Below are positions 45,595 through 55,607 of a DNA stretch of 64,000 nucleotides, piece after piece. The stretch lies in the sequence record NC_028945.1. One strand, given 5' to 3'. Position numbers and translations under genes: made by a program. Positions within the stretch are counted from its first letter, which is position 1. Each line of letters starts with the position of its first letter. The notes under the pieces are model-generated. The model saw only the letters and a program-made list of their open reading frames with translations. It was not told the DNA's origin and did not search any database.

Positions 45595-46344
45595 ATGAAT
45601 TCCGTGATCGCGTTCATCAAGGACGCGGATAATAAGTTTACCGTTGCCTACAGCGGCGCGTTGATTCTCACTGCCATCACCTTCATCGTCGGTCTTTCTG
45701 CTGGCATGATCCCTTCAATCAATTGGGTTGAAGTATTCGCCGTGGCGACATCGTATGTCTGTGTCATCCTCGTCAATTATCAGTCCCGATGGAATTATCC
45801 GTGGGGGATCATTTCACAGATTGCCATTTTCTTTACCCTTATCTTTTCCGGTCTTCCGGCGCTGGCAATCTTCAATCTTTATCTTGTCGGCAGTCTGATC
45901 TATGGCTTCTATTATTGGAAGTCGGACGAAAACACCGTGCCGGTGACCTATGTGGCGAGTTGGAAAAATTGGCTTGGTTACGCATTATTTGGTGCCTTGG
46001 TTCTTGCGCTCTACTTCGGTTGTGTGTATATTATCGAACCATCCAATTTCGCGAATGTGTCCAAAGTTGACGCATTTATCGCGGCACTCTCCGGTATCGC
46101 TCAATTCCTTCTTGACCGAAAGAAGCTTGAATCGTGGTATCTTTGGATTGCGGTCAACATCATTTCGATACCGTATTATTTCTATATCGGTCTCACCTTC
46201 TTCGCATTCCAATACATTTTCTTCCTGATCAACGCGGTCATTGCTCTGATCGCTTGGCGCAAATCTATGGGAACTTCAAATAATGATGACATTTATTCTA
46301 ACGTATCTGGTGATTGGTCTGGTTCTGTACGCAGCGGGATATAG
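45595..46344 (+). CDS. pnuC: PnuC-like nicotinamide riboside transporter
   Basis: Multi-TM; EVFAVATSYVCV, WNYPWGI, KLESWYLWIAVN. Confidence 0.9.
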   Translation: MNSVIAFIKDADNKFTVAYSGALILTAITFIVGLSAGMIPSINWVEVFAVATSYVCVILVNYQSRWNYPWGIISQIAIFFTLIFSGLPALAIFNLYLVGSLIYGFYYWKSDENTVPVTYVASWKNWLGYALFGALVLALYFGCVYIIEPSNFANVSKVDAFIAALSGIAQFLLDRKKLESWYLWIAVNIISIPYYFYIGLTFFAFQYIFFLINAVIALIAWRKSMGTSNNDDIYSNVSGDWSGSVRSGI

Positions 46345-46492
46345 TCTCGACTCCAAAAAGAACCCGCAAAACTACACGTCGGAACGACTTCCTGTTAACA
46401 TTGGCGTGTGTGTTTTCTTCACTGTTGCTTGGGCAATCATCATGCCTATCGTTCTCTACGCGCTGATACAGGCGAAGAAAGCGCAACAGTGA
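46307..46492 (+). CDS. Small membrane protein
   Basis: Two TM segments. Confidence 0.5.
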   Translation: MVIGLVLYAAGYSLDSKKNPQNYTSERLPVNIGVCVFFTVAWAIIMPIVLYALIQAKKAQQ

Positions 46493-46656
46493 GTTGGTTG
46501 ATCGCATACTTTCTGATCGGTCTGATGATCAGTGGTTTCTTCATGCAACAACCCGGTATCGATGTGTTGGGCGCGGACGAAAAGCGCGCCCTACTCGCCA
46601 CGTCCTTCCTGATGTGGCCCCTCATCCTGATCGGTTTTCTTATCTCTAAGGATTAA
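46489..46656 (+). CDS. Small membrane protein
   Basis: GTGA overlap; WPL motif. Confidence 0.5.
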   Translation: MSWLIAYFLIGLMISGFFMQQPGIDVLGADEKRALLATSFLMWPLILIGFLISKD

Positions 46657-46658
46657 TC

Positions 46659-47690
46659 TTGAAAAAAGCTGTTGTTCTGATGACCGCATTAGTTCCTACC
46701 CTTGGGCACGCGGCGCTGATCCGTTTCGCCTCTGATTTGGTTGGTCCTACCGGACTTGTTGATGTGATCGTTTCTGGTCGTTCGTTTGAGCCGGTGCCGC
46801 TGGAATGGCGTGTTGAGTCGCTTAGAGACCATTTCCAAATCATCGGTAATGTGAACTTCTGGTCACATGACGATGACGATGCTCCGCAAAATCCCGCGAC
46901 CGCTGAAGAGTGGGCATATTGGCGCAAGACCGTTGTCGAGGATTGTTTCGGAAACGAAATTAAGTATGACTATTTCGTCGCTTCGGAGCCGTACGGCAAG
47001 AAGATGGCGGACCTGATCGGTGCTCAATTCGTCCCGTTCGACATCTACCGACAAATCCTCAACATCAAGGGAACGACTGTCCGCAAATACCTTGACGAAT
47101 CGTTCCATCTGTTGATCCCGGAATTTCAGGCACGTCTCACCAAGCGTGTGACGATCTTCGGTTCCGAATCATGCGGCAAGACGTCGATGACAAGCAGTCT
47201 TTTCGACTATGGAACCTGTATTCACGAATTCGCCCGCCCATATCTCGAAATGATGGACGACAAGACCATCACAGACGAAAAGATGGAAACCATCATTCGT
47301 GGGCAATATGCGCTTCAGCAAGCCGCTATGGACGGCGCGCGACCGGTTATCATTCAGGATACCGACCTTCTTTCGACTATCGGTTATTACCGCATCTTCG
47401 GTAGCAATTACCACACGACCCCGCTTGAACGAATGTTTCGAGACACGAAGTCGGACCTGTACATTGTCATGAACGACAAAATTCCGTTCGTCCCGGACCC
47501 GCTCCGCTATGGTGGCGACAAGCGCGAATCGGATACACAGTTCTGGATTGATCTTCTGGAAGAATACAACTGTAACTATTATGTCGTTCAGGAGACCGTT
47601 GCTTCGAAACAATATGATGAAGTGACTGCCGTTCTCGAAACACACATTGAAAATTGGTTCGGTCCGATCCGGGATTTTGAGAGGGAATAA
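46659..47690 (+). CDS. nadR: NadR-like bifunctional NMN adenylyltransferase / nicotinamide riboside kinase
   Basis: PTLGHAALI (HxGH-like), ASEPYG, FGSESCGKT (P-loop), EFARPY, DTDLLST, D..RYG. Confidence 0.88.
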   Translation: MKKAVVLMTALVPTLGHAALIRFASDLVGPTGLVDVIVSGRSFEPVPLEWRVESLRDHFQIIGNVNFWSHDDDDAPQNPATAEEWAYWRKTVVEDCFGNEIKYDYFVASEPYGKKMADLIGAQFVPFDIYRQILNIKGTTVRKYLDESFHLLIPEFQARLTKRVTIFGSESCGKTSMTSSLFDYGTCIHEFARPYLEMMDDKTITDEKMETIIRGQYALQQAAMDGARPVIIQDTDLLSTIGYYRIFGSNYHTTPLERMFRDTKSDLYIVMNDKIPFVPDPLRYGGDKRESDTQFWIDLLEEYNCNYYVVQETVASKQYDEVTAVLETHIENWFGPIRDFERE

Positions 47691-47788
47691 ATTCAAAAAT
47701 TCCTTGCCAATTTTCTAAAATAATCATTGACAGGATTTAATTCAAATAATACCTTGTACGCATATTCCCTACCACAAAAGGATTAGAC

Positions 47789-48277
47789 ATGCAGAAAGTC
47801 TTTGTTTCCGAAGCCGCCAAGCGCAAGATCAAATGGAGCGAGGGCGGACGGATACTCGTCTGCGATATGGAAGACAATGTTCTTTCGATTGAAAAATACA
47901 CCAAGGGCAGTCTCGCCAACATCATTGGCTTTCTCGAAAAGAAGACCACCGAAAAGAAGCCTTCCCCGAAGTTCAACGCTGTTGCCCGCAACCTGCTTGC
48001 CGGTGTCAACGGCTTCGACATGATCCAAGACGGCGACGATTTCCTCTGTATCGTCAACAACAAGACCCCGAAGGTCAAGCTTCGCCGGACGTGGCACAAG
48101 ACCGTTGAATCGCTGAAGATGTACGTTCCGGTTGAATTCAAAATGAAAGAGAATGCCCGTTACGACGTAATTTTCGAAGATGACGGCACGATCTATTTCC
48201 AGTTCCGTGAGGAAATTTCCGCTGAAAACATCAACGCCTCCTACAACACTCCGGTTCTGAATTCCTATGCAGTATAA
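47789..48277 (+). CDS. Hypothetical early protein
   Basis: TTGAC at 47727; AAGGA RBS. Confidence 0.7.
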   Translation: MQKVFVSEAAKRKIKWSEGGRILVCDMEDNVLSIEKYTKGSLANIIGFLEKKTTEKKPSPKFNAVARNLLAGVNGFDMIQDGDDFLCIVNNKTPKVKLRRTWHKTVESLKMYVPVEFKMKENARYDVIFEDDGTIYFQFREEISAENINASYNTPVLNSYAV

Positions 48278-48476
48278 AATGAATTATCGCGAACTTCTAA
48301 AGAAATACATGAACTATGTCGGTCATGAACTTGAGACACACTGTCTTCCCTTTCATGAGGAAGACATCTTTTCCCGTGACGAGATAGAAGAACTGATGCA
48401 CATTTCTTGTGAAATTGAAGAGGATGCCGAAGAATTTGAAGCAGCATGTCAACGTGCTCAACAGAGCTTTTCTTAA
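48267..48476 (+). CDS. Hypothetical protein
   Basis: YRELLKKYMNYV. Confidence 0.5.
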   Translation: MQYKMNYRELLKKYMNYVGHELETHCLPFHEEDIFSRDEIEELMHISCEIEEDAEEFEAACQRAQQSFS

Positions 48477-48795
48477 AGTTTACCGGGAAGAGTCCCTTAA
48501 AGAGCACGACGGAAAGTGTACCTTCTGTTACGAACCGCTCACCTACAAGAACGTTACCGCCGACCATCGCAAGGCACAAGTCAAAGGCGGCACACACCGA
48601 AAAGACAACATTACCGCCGCATGTTTCGAATGTAATCAAACAAAGGGAAGCATGAGCGAGTCGGCATATCGCAAGGCGATCAAAAGTCCGTCCGGACGCA
48701 ACATCTATTTCTTGATGGCATGGTCCCGCCGAAAGATCAATCTTCAGACGGATCGATCTATCAATAACATCAAAACTTATTTTGGAATGGAATAA
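48409..48795 (+). CDS. Small HNH endonuclease
   Basis: CTFC...TADH...GG...NITAACFECNQTKG; start uncertain. Confidence 0.85.
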   Translation: MKLKRMPKNLKQHVNVLNRAFLKVYREESLKEHDGKCTFCYEPLTYKNVTADHRKAQVKGGTHRKDNITAACFECNQTKGSMSESAYRKAIKSPSGRNIYFLMAWSRRKINLQTDRSINNIKTYFGME

Positions 48796-49256
48796 TGAAC
48801 CTTCAGGAAATCGAACAGCTTCAGAACGCATACATAGATGGTCTGATCAAGTTCTCCCGGTCTCAAAAGAAGTTTTGGCGCAAGGTGCCCTATCTTGCTG
48901 CGCGTTGCCAAGGGAATGGCGGATATTCCGATCAATACTCTTACGCCATTCGGGAAGGTTACTGGCGTGTCGGCGGAAGAACTGGTTATGGTTCGTACCA
49001 CTATCGCGTCGATTGTGCGACCGGCAATATTTGTGACTGGACGTTGACCGGCGACCACACCAAGCCGACAAAGTTCACGAAAGACTTGATTATGGTTCTC
49101 CCACACGAATTAAACGCAGAGAAGATTTTTGAAGAGCTTTTGATTGATTCACAGAAACCGGTTAGATCACTCTTCAAGACCGAAGCACAAGTCCGGGCGG
49201 ATCAAGACGAACTTATTGAGAAATACGGCATTACACCAATTTATAAACGAAAATAG
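48795..49256 (+). CDS. Hypothetical protein
   Basis: TAATG coupling. Confidence 0.65.
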   Translation: MNLQEIEQLQNAYIDGLIKFSRSQKKFWRKVPYLAARCQGNGGYSDQYSYAIREGYWRVGGRTGYGSYHYRVDCATGNICDWTLTGDHTKPTKFTKDLIMVLPHELNAEKIFEELLIDSQKPVRSLFKTEAQVRADQDELIEKYGITPIYKRK

Positions 49257-49267
49257 GAAAGGTTATA

Positions 49268-49846
49268 TTGTCAAATACTAATAGGATTGCGGTTGCTGCT
49301 GCGCTTCCGCGAATTTTTAAGGAAATTACTGAAGTCAATGCCAAGTGGCATCTTCACCCGGACGGAACTCCGAAGCCCCGCGACGAAGAATTTGAACCCC
49401 GCTGTATTCTCCTGATGTTCTCGGAACTGATGGAAGCATTCGAAGGCATCCGCAAGGGCAATCAGCCCGACAGCCATCTTCCGCAATATCCGTCCGAATC
49501 GGTCGAAATCGTTGACCTGTTTATTCGCGGTATCGACTTCGTTGTGTTCGCGGATGACACGGTTCTGCGCAAGGCGCTTCTCACCAACATCCACAATGAT
49601 TCGACCACCCGCGCTATTGCTGGTCTTTCGAAGATCGAATTCTACGCGATGGTGACGATGATCCTCAACAAGGCATATGACGACGTCAATGTTGGCATCG
49701 CGTCCCTGATCGACACGGTTATTGCCTATTGCGACATCCATGACATTCCGCTGATGGAAATCTACGAAGCGAAGATGGAATACAACCGCAATCGCGCCGA
49801 CCACAAGGCGGAAGCTCGTGCGAGCGTGGGAGGCAAGCAATTTTGA
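49268..49846 (+). CDS. MazG/dUTPase-like all-alpha NTP pyrophosphatase
   Basis: SELMEAFEGIRKG..DSHLP...EIVDLFIR..D...KMEYNRNRADH. Confidence 0.75.
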   Translation: MSNTNRIAVAAALPRIFKEITEVNAKWHLHPDGTPKPRDEEFEPRCILLMFSELMEAFEGIRKGNQPDSHLPQYPSESVEIVDLFIRGIDFVVFADDTVLRKALLTNIHNDSTTRAIAGLSKIEFYAMVTMILNKAYDDVNVGIASLIDTVIAYCDIHDIPLMEIYEAKMEYNRNRADHKAEARASVGGKQF

Positions 49847-50982
49847 TTGATGACCGCAAGATGTCTACTCTCTACAAGATAGACGAGAACGACAATATCC
49901 GCGAATGGTTCATTCAATTGGACGGGAACCGCTATTGTGTCCATTCTGGTATACAAGGCGGCAAGACGGTCGTCTCCAAATGGAAGGAAGCCAAGCCGAA
50001 GAACGTCGGCAAGGCAAACGAAGTCTGTGCCGAACAGCAAGCCATTCTTGAAGTCGAACGTAAATACGTCGAACAGAAGAAGACGGGCGGCTATTACGAC
50101 ACCGTCGAACTCGCTCGTGAAGGCTTCAAGACCTATTTCCAGCCGATGCTTGCCGAGAAATGGAAAGATCGCAAACCGACATGGGGTGCGACATTCCCGC
50201 TTTGGTCTCAACCGAAACTGGACGGTTGCCGCGCGGTCTCTACCTATGACGCGCTGAAGTCCCGCGAAGGTGAAGCGTTTATCACGCCAACCAAGATTAT
50301 TAAGATCATGAAACGGCTTCATGAGATTTACCCGTCATATGTGTTTGACGGTGAACTCTACAACCACAAGTACCGGAACGATTTTGAGAAGATCGTTTCG
50401 CTGATCCGGAAGCAGAAGCCGACCGAAGCACATATCGAAGAGTGTAACGAAAAGATCGAATATCACATCTACGATATGTTCGACCGAAATCGCCCGGACC
50501 TTCCCTTCTCCGAACGGTTCGCAATCCTTCAAGGCATCCTTCATGATTTTGATGAACGGATCGTCCTTGTGGAGACCAAGCTTGTCCACAATGAGGAAGA
50601 GCTTGACGCGCTTTACGGCGAATATCTGGAAAATGAATTCGAAGGACAGATGGTTCGCGTCGATGGTCCTTACGAAATGCGTCGATCCAAGACTCTTCTC
50701 AAGAGGAAGGAATTTGAAGACGCGGAATTCCAAATCGAATCGGTCGAAGAAGGCGAGGGCAATTGGTCCGGCGCGCTGAAGGTCGTTTGGATCAAGCTTG
50801 AAGACGGACGGAATCAGAAGGCGACCCCGCGTGGCACCTATGACGATCTTGCCGCTCTTTTGAAGGAAGCCGACACGCTCCCCGGCACCGATGTGACGGT
50901 TCGTTTTCAAGGCAGGACCGGTGGCGGAAAGCTTCGGTTCCCAATCGTCACGGTCTTTTGGCGTGGCAAACGTGACGTTTAA
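49843..50982 (+). CDS. ATP-dependent DNA ligase (T4 gp30-like)
   Basis: QPMLA, QPKLDGCRA, DGELY, YHIYD, EGQMVR, LLKRK, LRFP. Confidence 0.95.
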   Translation: MIDDRKMSTLYKIDENDNIREWFIQLDGNRYCVHSGIQGGKTVVSKWKEAKPKNVGKANEVCAEQQAILEVERKYVEQKKTGGYYDTVELAREGFKTYFQPMLAEKWKDRKPTWGATFPLWSQPKLDGCRAVSTYDALKSREGEAFITPTKIIKIMKRLHEIYPSYVFDGELYNHKYRNDFEKIVSLIRKQKPTEAHIEECNEKIEYHIYDMFDRNRPDLPFSERFAILQGILHDFDERIVLVETKLVHNEEELDALYGEYLENEFEGQMVRVDGPYEMRRSKTLLKRKEFEDAEFQIESVEEGEGNWSGALKVVWIKLEDGRNQKATPRGTYDDLAALLKEADTLPGTDVTVRFQGRTGGGKLRFPIVTVFWRGKRDV

Positions 50983-50997
50983 TTAAGAGGATTATAA

Positions 50998-51363
50998 ATG
51001 ACTGAATTTATCGAGTGGGGCGGCGGCGAACGTCCCGTTCCCGGACTTACCAAGGTTGAGCTTCAATTCCGTGGCGTCGATTTTGCGTATGAATTTACCT
51101 ATGCCCAAGAGGTTGATTGGTTCCATTCTGCCAATGAGGAAGACGAAGAGTTCGATATCGTTGGGTATCGCATTCTTGAGGACCAAGGCAGCGAATGGAT
51201 TCAGTGGAATGGTGGCGAAAATCCCGTTCCCGGTCAAAGGGTTGAGACCATTTTCCGTGGCTTCACCTATGTCTATGAACTGGCATCTGAAGACTTCGAT
51301 TGGTCGCATCAGCCCGACGATCCAACCGTGGACATCGTCCTTTATCGACCGGTTGATGAATGA
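50998..51363 (+). CDS. Hypothetical protein made of two tandem WxxWxGGxxPV domains
   Basis: EWGGGERPVPG...DIVGYR / QWNGGENPVPG...DIVLYR. Confidence 0.75.
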   Translation: MTEFIEWGGGERPVPGLTKVELQFRGVDFAYEFTYAQEVDWFHSANEEDEEFDIVGYRILEDQGSEWIQWNGGENPVPGQRVETIFRGFTYVYELASEDFDWSHQPDDPTVDIVLYRPVDE

Positions 51364-51611
51364 AAAAACTCATTTCTGCCATAATCGACCCGTTTAAGAA
51401 CGAACGGCTCATCGGGAACGAACGATGGGTCGCAACCCCCGAACCCCCAACTCCGGTAGTGACATCCCGTAAGAATATTGACGTTTCTGGTTTCATGTAT
51501 CGTCATGACGGGATGTGGTACTTCGGCAAGCAAGGAGAGAAGGCATGTCTTTATTCGTTCTTAGCGTTCACGCTGGTGAGCGTGGTGATTATGGTAACTA
51601 CCACTTTTTGA
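51360..51611 (+). CDS. Hypothetical protein with C-terminal TM helix
   Basis: ATGA overlap. Confidence 0.5.
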   Translation: MKKLISAIIDPFKNERLIGNERWVATPEPPTPVVTSRKNIDVSGFMYRHDGMWYFGKQGEKACLYSFLAFTLVSVVIMVTTTF

Positions 51612-51804
51612 TGAATGTCGTGGAACCTAAATCTGTGTCATGAATTAACGTGGGGATTTCTCGCACTTTTAATCAAATGTTATCGAATGTTCAAAAAAAG
51701 TGCTTGACTTACAAAATTGCCGCTTGACAGAGATCAAACCGAATCATATATCTCTATCCATAGGCAATGACCTAACAAAGAGAAACACGAAAGGGTTCTA
51801 CATC

Positions 51805-52065
51805 ATGGCAAACAAGTCGAAAGTTGAAAACCGTCGGTGGATCGTTGAACGTCTCGCCGAAATCCGCGAAGGTACACACAACCTGTCGTACCATCTGCTT
51901 CGTGAAATCGAGCGTCTTCGTTTGATCGAACCGGTGTTCGTCAAGCTTGAAGGGCGCGGTCGTCCAATCAAGACCTACACCGTAACCGGCGAAGGTCGGA
52001 AGCTTCTTGGACTTTCCAAGAATTGGCGGCGCGAAGCAGTCGTGCCCCGTGAAATAGCTTCCTAA
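51805..52065 (+). CDS. Small winged-HTH-like protein
   Basis: GRGRPIKTYTVTGEGRKLL wing-like motif; promoter upstream, hairpin+T tract downstream. Confidence 0.6.
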   Translation: MANKSKVENRRWIVERLAEIREGTHNLSYHLLREIERLRLIEPVFVKLEGRGRPIKTYTVTGEGRKLLGLSKNWRREAVVPREIAS

Positions 52066-52202
52066 ACATTTCAGCAAGGCTGAATACCCCAAAACCCCGT
52101 TGGATGAAAGTCCTTCGGGGTTTTTATTTTGTCAAGAATTGGTTGACTGGAATTTGTTTTGATTATATGTTTCTCTCATTAGGTTCAAATGGAGAAACAA
52201 AC

Positions 52203-52412
52203 ATGACACACAAATGGTTTATGACCGGAACACTCTACGCACCGTCGCATGAGGATGTCGGTCACTATTCGTTGAAATATGCCAACGGTCGCCCGCATGT
52301 GATTCGTGGTGACACCATCACCTTCCTTTCCCGCAATCCAGTTCAGCCCGGACAGGCAGAATTCATCATTCGCGATGACGATGTGATTATCAATGGAGAC
52401 GATTATGGTTGA
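52203..52412 (+). CDS. Hypothetical protein
   Basis: GGAGA + ATG 52203. Confidence 0.55.
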   Translation: MTHKWFMTGTLYAPSHEDVGHYSLKYANGRPHVIRGDTITFLSRNPVQPGQAEFIIRDDDVIINGDDYG

Positions 52413-52578
52413 AAAACTTGACGAACGCGTTCTACAATTCGCATTAAGGCTTGAAACCATCGACCGAATTCTGTCTGGTTGGGCACACGGAAAATACCGT
52501 GAAGGCGTTTCGCTGGAAATGCTCAATCTCAAACTCACCAAAGCCCGTGAATTATCAGAGGAAATCATCAACCAATGA
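52405..52578 (+). CDS. Hypothetical protein
   Basis: GGAGA + ATG 52405. Confidence 0.5.
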   Translation: MVEKLDERVLQFALRLETIDRILSGWAHGKYREGVSLEMLNLKLTKARELSEEIINQ

Positions 52579-52919
52579 GCGAATCAACCTACATTGGCAC
52601 CTTCCTGATGGAACTGGACGAAACCCCATTCGAGCAATTCACGCCAGCCGATTGGGCGATGTATTTCATTCAGCGATACGGACAGTTCGACGGACCCCAT
52701 CACAAGGCATGGGTTTTGGATCAGGTCGCCCGAATCTTGAAGGGAACTCCGGTCATCATCAGCCAAGCCCGATGGACCGACCACGATCCGGAATGGCGCA
52801 TTTATACCGCGACCGATCCTTCCGACGAATACAAGGTCTGGCGTCGGCTGATGCTTGGTGATTGGGATGAAGACACCCAAGAATTCGAATATGGCTATGA
52901 CGAAGGAATCGCCCCGTAA
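52575..52919 (+). CDS. Conserved phage hypothetical protein
   Basis: YGQFDGPHHKAWVLDQVARIL...Y.YDEGIAP. Confidence 0.75.
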   Translation: MSESTYIGTFLMELDETPFEQFTPADWAMYFIQRYGQFDGPHHKAWVLDQVARILKGTPVIISQARWTDHDPEWRIYTATDPSDEYKVWRRLMLGDWDEDTQEFEYGYDEGIAP

Positions 52920-53044
52920 AAATTCGAAATAATTTGAAATTGCCTCTTGACGCGAATTCGTTTTCATTATAAGTTTTAATCATGAAAAGAAAATGAGTTC
53001 GCGGCATTCCGCCAGCGACCATCGCGCTAGGAGGCGCTTTCCCC

Positions 53045-53254
53045 ATGCTTTCTGTTCGTGAGCAAATCATCCGCCGTCACTTCGCCGCGAAGACGCTTCG
53101 TGCGCTGAAGAAGAAAGGCATCGAAGTGATGTCCACGACGTTCATTCCGGACGCTTCCGGCGACTACACGCGCGGCGAAACCGCCTATAACATCAACGAC
53201 AACGATACCGGTCGTGTGATGACTTTCCTTGAAGTTCTGGCGCTCGCACAATGA
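53045..53254 (+). CDS. Hypothetical early protein
   Basis: Promoter cassette TTGAC at 52947; AGGAGG RBS. Confidence 0.65.
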   Translation: MLSVREQIIRRHFAAKTLRALKKKGIEVMSTTFIPDASGDYTRGETAYNINDNDTGRVMTFLEVLALAQ

Positions 53255-53446
53255 GCGCCATATCTTTTGAAGAAGCCAAGCGCCACGCGCATGATCTTTG
53301 GACCACGGCACACGTTCCAATGAATGGGAAATGGTCGTCGCCATATGGTACAATCCAAACGGTCGAACATGGCGAGTGGGAAGCAAAATTGAACAGCGGA
53401 TGGACCGTCCGGTTGAGTAGCCACGGTTCGATTATCGGAGGAAGCT

Positions 53447-53806
53447 ATGAACCGTAAGGAAATGATTGAAGCGATCTGTGAGGTTTCGTCACTCGAATTC
53501 CAAACGGAAATCGGTCACTTCATGGGAATTGACGAGCGAGAATATGACTATGATCAGGTGTCGGCTCTATTCGACGCCATGAACATGGAAGGACAGACGC
53601 GCCATGTCGTCACAATCGCCCGATCCCTGTTGATCCAATTCGGGTTCTATCGCCCGATGCCTCAAGATGAAATTGAAAACACCTATGTGTCTGGTGGTCG
53701 CGTCCCGTGGTTTTTTAAATTGAACGGAATTCGCTACACGTCCGACGAAACCGACGAAGAATGGTTTGATCCGGCATTTGATCCGGAAAACAGAAAGGAA
53801 GATTGA
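53447..53806 (+). CDS. Hypothetical protein
   Basis: GGAGG RBS. Confidence 0.6.
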   Translation: MNRKEMIEAICEVSSLEFQTEIGHFMGIDEREYDYDQVSALFDAMNMEGQTRHVVTIARSLLIQFGFYRPMPQDEIENTYVSGGRVPWFFKLNGIRYTSDETDEEWFDPAFDPENRKED

Positions 53807-53807
53807 C

Positions 53808-54278
53808 ATGAACAAGATTTTTTCAATTGAACTGTGGCAGTACGACTATCCGGGCGACAATGCCAGACGACGGGATTGGTTTCCGTACGACAACGAACTG
53901 ATACTGGTGTGTGCGACACAAGAGCAAATAGACGCTTGGTTGAATGAGCGCTTCGCCGAAATCGTCGCACACAAGATCAGCGAATATGAAGAGAAGATCG
54001 CGGATATTGAAGCCCATATCGAACGCGACATGGAGCGACTCGACGCGATCAATAGCATGAACGATGCTATGCTGGCGACGTTGGGCATCATGAAGCCCAA
54101 TCCTTCGCTCATCCCCAATCAGCAAGAAGAAATCAACGTGCTTCGTCTGAGGATTGAAGCACTCGAAACGTCCAGCCTTCAGGACATCATCGACCGTGGT
54201 TTGATCGACCGTCGATGGGTTGCCGATAAGGTCGAAGTCAAAACGCTCGCTGGAATCGACACAGAAAAGTTCAAATAA
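53808..54278 (+). CDS. Hypothetical coiled-coil protein
   Basis: AAGGA + ATG 53808. Confidence 0.65.
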   Translation: MNKIFSIELWQYDYPGDNARRRDWFPYDNELILVCATQEQIDAWLNERFAEIVAHKISEYEEKIADIEAHIERDMERLDAINSMNDAMLATLGIMKPNPSLIPNQQEEINVLRLRIEALETSSLQDIIDRGLIDRRWVADKVEVKTLAGIDTEKFK

Positions 54279-54354
54279 TTTCATTTTCCCTATTGACTGG
54301 AATCATAACTTGATCTAATTTCAAATCATAGAGAGAACGAAAGAGAGACAACGC

Positions 54355-54705
54355 ATGTACAGCAAAGAGCAACTGTCCGAAGTCATGAAAGCCGCATGGG
54401 CGTTCTATCGCGCCCGTCGCGAAGGCTATGGCGTTCGGCAGATTGCCGCGCGTCCTGCCGAGTTCTCGTTTGCGACCGCACTCAAGACCGCGTGGCGGAA
54501 GTTCAAAACCGCCGCCGCCAACCAAGCCCGCTTCGACGCTCTTCCCGAAGATCAGAAGAAAGTTGTTGCCGCGCTGATCCAAGCCTACGAAGATGCGGTT
54601 TACCTTCCGGCTCACATGAGCATGAGTCGTCGCCGTGAAGAAATCAGCCAGAAGATTAACCAGATGTGCGGTTTCTACCTTGACGAGTTCCGTCCGAAGA
54701 TGTGA
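54355..54705 (+). CDS. Hypothetical early protein (MxxAW...FxxALKxAW family)
   Basis: Promoter cassette TTGAC at 54293. Confidence 0.7.
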   Translation: MYSKEQLSEVMKAAWAFYRARREGYGVRQIAARPAEFSFATALKTAWRKFKTAAANQARFDALPEDQKKVVAALIQAYEDAVYLPAHMSMSRRREEISQKINQMCGFYLDEFRPKM

Positions 54706-54718
54706 AAGAGGTATTGTG

Positions 54719-54919
54719 ATGACACCTGAACAGATTGAAATCGGTTCCGCCTACGCCAAGGGAGACAAGGTTCGCCGCGTCGTTAGCTATGGCGCGGGTC
54801 GCGAATGGGTCGTGTGGGGTGACGAACGTGAGCGCCTTCCGCTTGGCGGCTTCGTTCGAACCAAATGTACCAGCGCAAAGTCCTTCGCCAAGTGGGCAGA
54901 AAGAAAGGTAGAAAAATGA
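54719..54919 (+). CDS. Hypothetical protein
   Basis: GAGG RBS. Confidence 0.55.
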   Translation: MTPEQIEIGSAYAKGDKVRRVVSYGAGREWVVWGDERERLPLGGFVRTKCTSAKSFAKWAERKVEK

Positions 54920-55040
54920 TCGACAAAGACACTGAAGAGAGAATCGAGACCAAAGAGAAGTTCGTGCCGTTGCTGACTGCCGAACAGAAGCGCAAGCTCG
55001 CCGAGCAAACCCGCAAGACAGAAGAGAAGGAAGCAAAGAA

Positions 55041-55238
55041 GTGAAAACGAAAGTTGGAACCATCGACATGACACCGACATGGGAAGCGATCCTTCCTGCC
55101 TTGATTGTCGCCGTCGAGAACGGCACCGCTCTTGGACGGAAGATCGCGACCGAAGAGCTTCGGCGGATGGCAAAGCTTGCCGACATGTACGCTGCCGATG
55201 TGAAGGCAAAGGACATGCCATGCGACACGAAGAATTAG
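55041..55238 (+). CDS. Hypothetical protein
   Basis: IDMTPTWEAILP motif. Confidence 0.6.
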   Translation: MKTKVGTIDMTPTWEAILPALIVAVENGTALGRKIATEELRRMAKLADMYAADVKAKDMPCDTKN

Positions 55239-55607
55239 CCGCTAAGACCCATAGGACCAAGACCGGCGCACGCTTCTACAAAGCCTTCTATTGGCGTGGT
55301 GAGTGGTGTCGGTTGACCGGACTCTTCGGTAAGGTCAATGGCTTAACCGTCGCACAAGCGATGGGCAAGGAACAAGGCTTTACATGGACCGACGAAAATG
55401 GTGATATGCTCCGCGAGGGGACACCGATCCGCAACCTTTGGCAGGAGATTGTTCCCGGCGTGACAACCGTCCCGTGGGGGTGATTAATGTCGAGGGACTT
55501 AACCAAAGGCATCATGCTCGCGACCGCTATTACCGGTCTGACATATGGGGCCTTATATTTTATTTTTCTGATGTGACGAGGAACATATAAACGAGGGAGT
55601 TTTTATC

